Origin: Mantamonas sphyraenae STR306
Lineage: Eukaryota; Protista; CRuMs
Direction of reading: 5' to 3'
Length of the DNA stretch: 64,000 nt
Assembly: GCA_026936335.1 (NCBI GenBank)
Contig: JAPMXV010000056.1
Coordinates: 186,001-250,000, forward strand
The stretch's first letter is position 1. Each line of letters begins with the position of its first letter. The notes under the pieces were generated by a model, which searched no databases, was not told the DNA's origin, and saw only the letters and a program-made list of their open reading frames with translations. The translations under genes were made by a program, and so were the position numbers. Positions 59,578-64,000 of this stretch are shown here, piece by piece.

Positions 59578-61435
59578 CTCGAACCACCACCTGGAGGAGG
59601 CCCTGCGAGCTGCAGATCGTACGCGACGAGGGAAGCAACCGAGTGCCGAAGACGAGGACAGACTCAGCGTGTCGGATTTGCCAGACGTGGACGAAATGAT
59701 GGTGGACATGGAACTGACAGAGGCATCGAAGCACGTGCACACGGCGTACGACAAGGATGTTCAGGAAGAACTGGCTCTGGAAACGCGTCTTGCACACATG
59801 TTTGCAGCCATGGACGATGAGGCATTTGAGGTGGTGGACGACCTGCGAAGGGAGTTGCACGAGAGCCTGGTACGAGGGATGGTGATGCGGCAGCGGGGTC
59901 ATGCTGGTGCCAAACAAACGCGGGAGGAGGCACACCTGGAACAGCGTTCGATTCTCGACGACATGCTGGCGCAGATTGCCCTGGAAAGGTCCCAACCCGT
60001 GGATCCCAGCAAGGGTCTGCATCAACAACGCGGAGGCGGCCATGGAGTGCCATCTGCAGCGACTGCCACCACCGGCGCAGATGCACAGGGACGCCATCGT
60101 GTGTTCTCGCAGGGGTTGAACAGCCTTGTGAGCGGCATGCGAGCAGATGCTGTACGACAGCAGCAGCTACAGCAGCAGCAGCAGCAGCGCGGCGTGCAAG
60201 GCCAGCGCATGCAAACAAGGGACAAGACGCACGACGATGGTTCGGATGTGAAGCATGGTGATCACGTGAACGAGAACGCAGGAGACGATGACGAGGATAA
60301 CGAGGAGGACACGGATGTGGCATCATTGTTGGTGCAGGGTTCAGGAAAGCCCGTGGTCGAGGAGAGCAGTGCGGAGAGCCCTCGTGGGCTTGCACGCATG
60401 CGCCGGATGGCTTTTGACGAGAAGCGCGTGCGGGAGGATGGATCACAGCGACAGCCAGACCTACGCGGGGTGAAGGCGCGAGTGGACACAACGTTGAAGC
60501 GGAATCGATCGTTGCGTTCGATGCAACGGGAGCTCGCAGCCATGTTTGATGAGGAGGTGGAGCAGATGGAAGCACGCACGCGCGAGCGCAAGCGCAGGAC
60601 AGGAGAGCAGTACGAAGAGGAGGAAAACCAGAAAGAGGAGCAACAGAAGAAGCAACACCAATCCAGAGTGGCACAATCACCCATCCAGATGCCACGCGTG
60701 CGATCGGCAGGTCCAACAGCGTCGCCTCTCACGCGGCAGATGTTACGCAAGCACCAGGAGGCAAAGAGTGCAGCCACGTCGCCTGCATCGCCCTCTGCCG
60801 TGCAGAGGTACTCGTTGGAGCCCATGGGACGACGCGGGCGGCGTGTCAGCACAGCCTCAGCGTCGTCGGTTGTGTCCACCGATACGATGGTCATCCACGA
60901 AGACGAAAGCGACAAAGCGAGTTCCGTGGCCAGTGGCCATGGGCATCGCCGTGGCAGTATGTCATCGTCGCTGCAGGCCATTGATGAGACCCAGGACAAC
61001 GACATCGTGGTGGTGGACACTCGTCGACCCCTTCCGCCCATGCCCAGCAGCAGCGATGACGATGACGATGACGACGATGAAGCCAGCAGCCAAAGCAGTG
61101 AAGGAAGGGAAGGAGTGGCCCACATCCTTCCCAGCATCTGGTCGCGCATGCGACAGGACATCCTCGTTGAAGAACACCAACAACACGACAGGAACGACGA
61201 CGACGACGACGACACACTCACCACGGGTGCAGACAAACTGGTTGCCACCGTACGCACAGCCACCGAGTTTTCCTCTTTGTTTGCCAAACTGCAGGGTCTG
61301 CGCGATCGCCAGCAGCGCGAGGAGGACCAGCTTGCCTTGGCCGCTTTGCGCGAGACTGCTTTGCGCGATGCCGACGACCAAGATGCCATCGTGGAAGCTT
61401 CTGTCGACTATTGGTTGGCCAAAACAAAACGTTGA
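57977..61435 (+). CDS. Hypothetical 1152-aa low-complexity/coiled-coil protein
   Basis: Long uninterrupted ORF with host-like codon usage and poly-S/Q/D tracts. No recognised domain. Confidence 0.7.
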
Positions 61436-61449
61436 TGATGATGTCCTCT

Positions 61450-64000
61450 TCATTCACCCTGTCCCAGATCGATCAGATTTCCCTCCTCCTCCTCCCCTTC
61501 CTCCTCCTCCTGCTGCTGTTTCTCTTGCGTGGTGTCCTCTGATTTCTTCCCTCCCTCTTCTTCCTCCTCTTCCTGCTCCTCCACTTCCTCCTGCTCCTCT
61601 TCTTCCTCTTGCTGTTGGCCTGTGTGCTGTTCCTCAGCGTCATTCTTGCTCACGGCCGGCGGTTCGTACTCCTGCAGGTCGCTGGCCATGGCCACGTCAC
61701 CAAACACAGAGGAGAAGCGGCTGCTATGGCCTCCTTCGACGGCGGTGGCCACCTGTGCACTGAGGGCGTCGCGCATGCGCTCCTCCATGGTCTGACCAAC
61801 GAGGTCCTTGCGGGAAACCATGCCGACAGGTACGTTGAGGGTGTTGACAACCACCATGTGGCGCAGACCAGCGGCACGGAACTGCTTAAAGGCCGTGTCC
61901 AGTGCCACTGCTTCCGAGACAACGGCTGCGCTGTCGTTGATCATGGGCGTCAGGTCCACCAGCTTCTCCAGGATGGAGTCGGGCAGCTCGGGCACACTGC
62001 TGCGCTCCTCGCGGCCCATAAAGAATTCATCCTCTTCAAAGTCGCGAATCTTTTCGTAGGTGAGTGTGGATGGGGTGTCGGCGCGGAAATGGTCGTGGAG
62101 CCGAAGCACCTGCAGCAGCTGTTTGCGCAGCACCATGCCCGAGTGGGTCTTGATTTCCTCCTCGCCGATGTGGTGGGTGTCCAGCACGGGGAAGCCGTTG
62201 TGGTTGCAGCCGCGCAGGGTTTCCACAATGTCTCGCAGGCGGACCACGCGTTCCAGGCACACCACGGGCGAGTTCATCACGTCGCGCACGTAGAAGCACT
62301 CCAGCTTTTGCACCACGGTGCTGTGGTCCAGGAATGGCACACACTTGATTTCCAGCAGCGCATGGTACAGCGAGTGCGTAGCAAAGTCGGCCACCCATTT
62401 GGCCACCATCACCGCAAGCATCACGGGCAACAGGAAGCGAATGTCGTTGGAAATCTCCAACACAATCACCGTCAGCGAAATGGTCAATCGAGACACGCCG
62501 CCAAAGAATGCCGCGGCACCCACCAGCGCAAACGCACCTGGATCCAGCCACTCCACAGCGGGCCACGTCTGACGCAGCGCAAGGCCCACCATGCGACCAA
62601 ACGTGCCGCCAATGACCAGCATAGGCACCACCAGACCCGATGACACCGCACTGCCTGCCGTGTACATGGCAAACAGAAAGTAGACAATGAGGAACGGCGC
62701 CAGGACGCCGTGGCTGAACATGCCCGTTGTCTGCCTGCTGAACAAGTGTCGAATGGCCACGTCGCCATTCACCATGCTCAACGAGCCCATTGGATTGTAC
62801 TGCGACTCGCCCTCGCAGCCAAACGTGGACGCCGTGTCCGGTGTGGTGTTGTCGGCGTTGAGCGGGCCTGGAAACACGCGTTGCGTGCAACCCGACCACA
62901 GGGGCATGTAGAAACTGATCGTGGAAAACAGCAGGATGATGAGCACAGTGTCCAGGATGCGCCGTTTGCGGTAGGGGACCACGTGCTTGGCACGCCAGCG
63001 CGTGATCTTCAGGTTGAAAAACGTAAACAGGGTGCCCAGCACGCCGCCCCCCAGCCCCACCAACAGCGTGGGAAACACCATCAGCGCATCCATGTTCACC
63101 GTTTCGTTGATCCCAAACAGGAGCACCACTTTGTCCGCAAAGAAGCCAAAGCGTTCCTGCGGCTCCCAGCTCACAAACGCCGTTTTCATCAGCTCAACCG
63201 TAAAGGTGGAGCACATGCAGCCAAAGAACAGCATCCAGGTCAGCTTTTGGTCCCAAAACGACGCCACTTCTTCCATCACAAACAGCAGTCCGCCGATGGG
63301 TGCCCCAAACGCTGCCGAAACGCCGCACGCCGCGCTACAACCATCCTCTCGAGTGTCAGCCTCCCCCAACGCAAACACACACATCACCCCATCCTTCTGC
63401 ATTGCATTGCAGCACCTACCCGCCTGTGATAAAGTCTCGCTTGTCCTTGGGGTTGCGAAAGTTGCGGAAAAAGTTGCCGTCAAAGCCAAGCGTCTTGGAG
63501 CGGCCCTGGGTAATGCCCGCGCCTGCACATACACACACACATACCCTCTCGTGTGTTAGCGTGGGATTGTACAGCGCGGCAAGGGGGCTGGGGAACAACA
63601 TACCCAGCGTTGCGCCCATGTGGATCATGGGACCTTCGGGGCCGACCGGCAACCCGGATGCCACGGCAAACACACACGACCAAAACTTGACCAGCAGGGT
63701 GTTGATGTTAAACACCTTGGGAATGTGGGTGCCGTTAAGATAGCCCATGACCTCTGTGCAGTGGGGGGGTGCGCACGACGAAAGGGATTTCGGGAGGGTC
63801 AGCAGCCGGCAGCCGAAGGAAGCAAAGGGCCTTTGCAGGGAAGCTCTGAGGCGGCGCAGGGGCAAATGACACACGTACCAGGCACACCAGAGCCTGCTGC
63901 ACTGGGCATGATGAGGACAACGAGACAAGTGGAAATGAGGACGCAGCAGAGGGAAATAAAAACGAAGATGAGGAGGCCCGTGAAGGCGCGGGAGGCAAAC
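61450..64000 (-). CDS. CLC chloride/proton antiporter (CLC-6/7-like) with CBS domains; 5' end outside window, multi-exon
   Basis: EVMGYLNG, GLPVGPEGPMIH, FRNPKDKRDF, AFGAPIGGLLFVMEE, SGLVVPML, GGVSRLTISLTVI, HNGFPV. Confidence 0.95.

Overview
A 64 kb window of a compact, GC-rich eukaryotic (protist) genome. It has short GT-AG introns, often with a CTGAC branch motif, and (CA)n microsatellites; IFT81 and a CCDC87-like gene point to a flagellated organism. About 29 genes are tightly packed, mostly housekeeping (TOP2, NUF2, THOC6, EIF1AD, aldolase, GAPDH, ribokinase, LENG1, SRPRB, IFT81, ABI, CRT-like, CLC). The standout is an intronless ~1,700-aa minus-strand ORF (20941-26211) between NUF2 and THOC6. 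Its C-terminus is a TnpB/Fanzor-type RuvC + zinc-finger nuclease with the Fanzor-style rearranged glutamate and an apparently intact D-E-D triad. A ~160-nt nested stem-loop directly follows it (candidate omegaRNA), and 7-bp direct repeats bracket the unit, so it is a candidate giant Fanzor-like RNA-guided nuclease with no recognisable transposase. Other notable items: an ankyrin-LRR-ROC-COR gene and a beta-helix membrane protein enclosed by an inverted pair of M28 aminopeptidase genes, a bacterial-type P1B-5 metal ATPase, a 4-nt microexon in a granulin gene, and a secreted hyper-acidic protein. Several single-base frameshifts in otherwise intact genes are probably assembly indels. All domain calls are by manual motif recognition; no searches were run.
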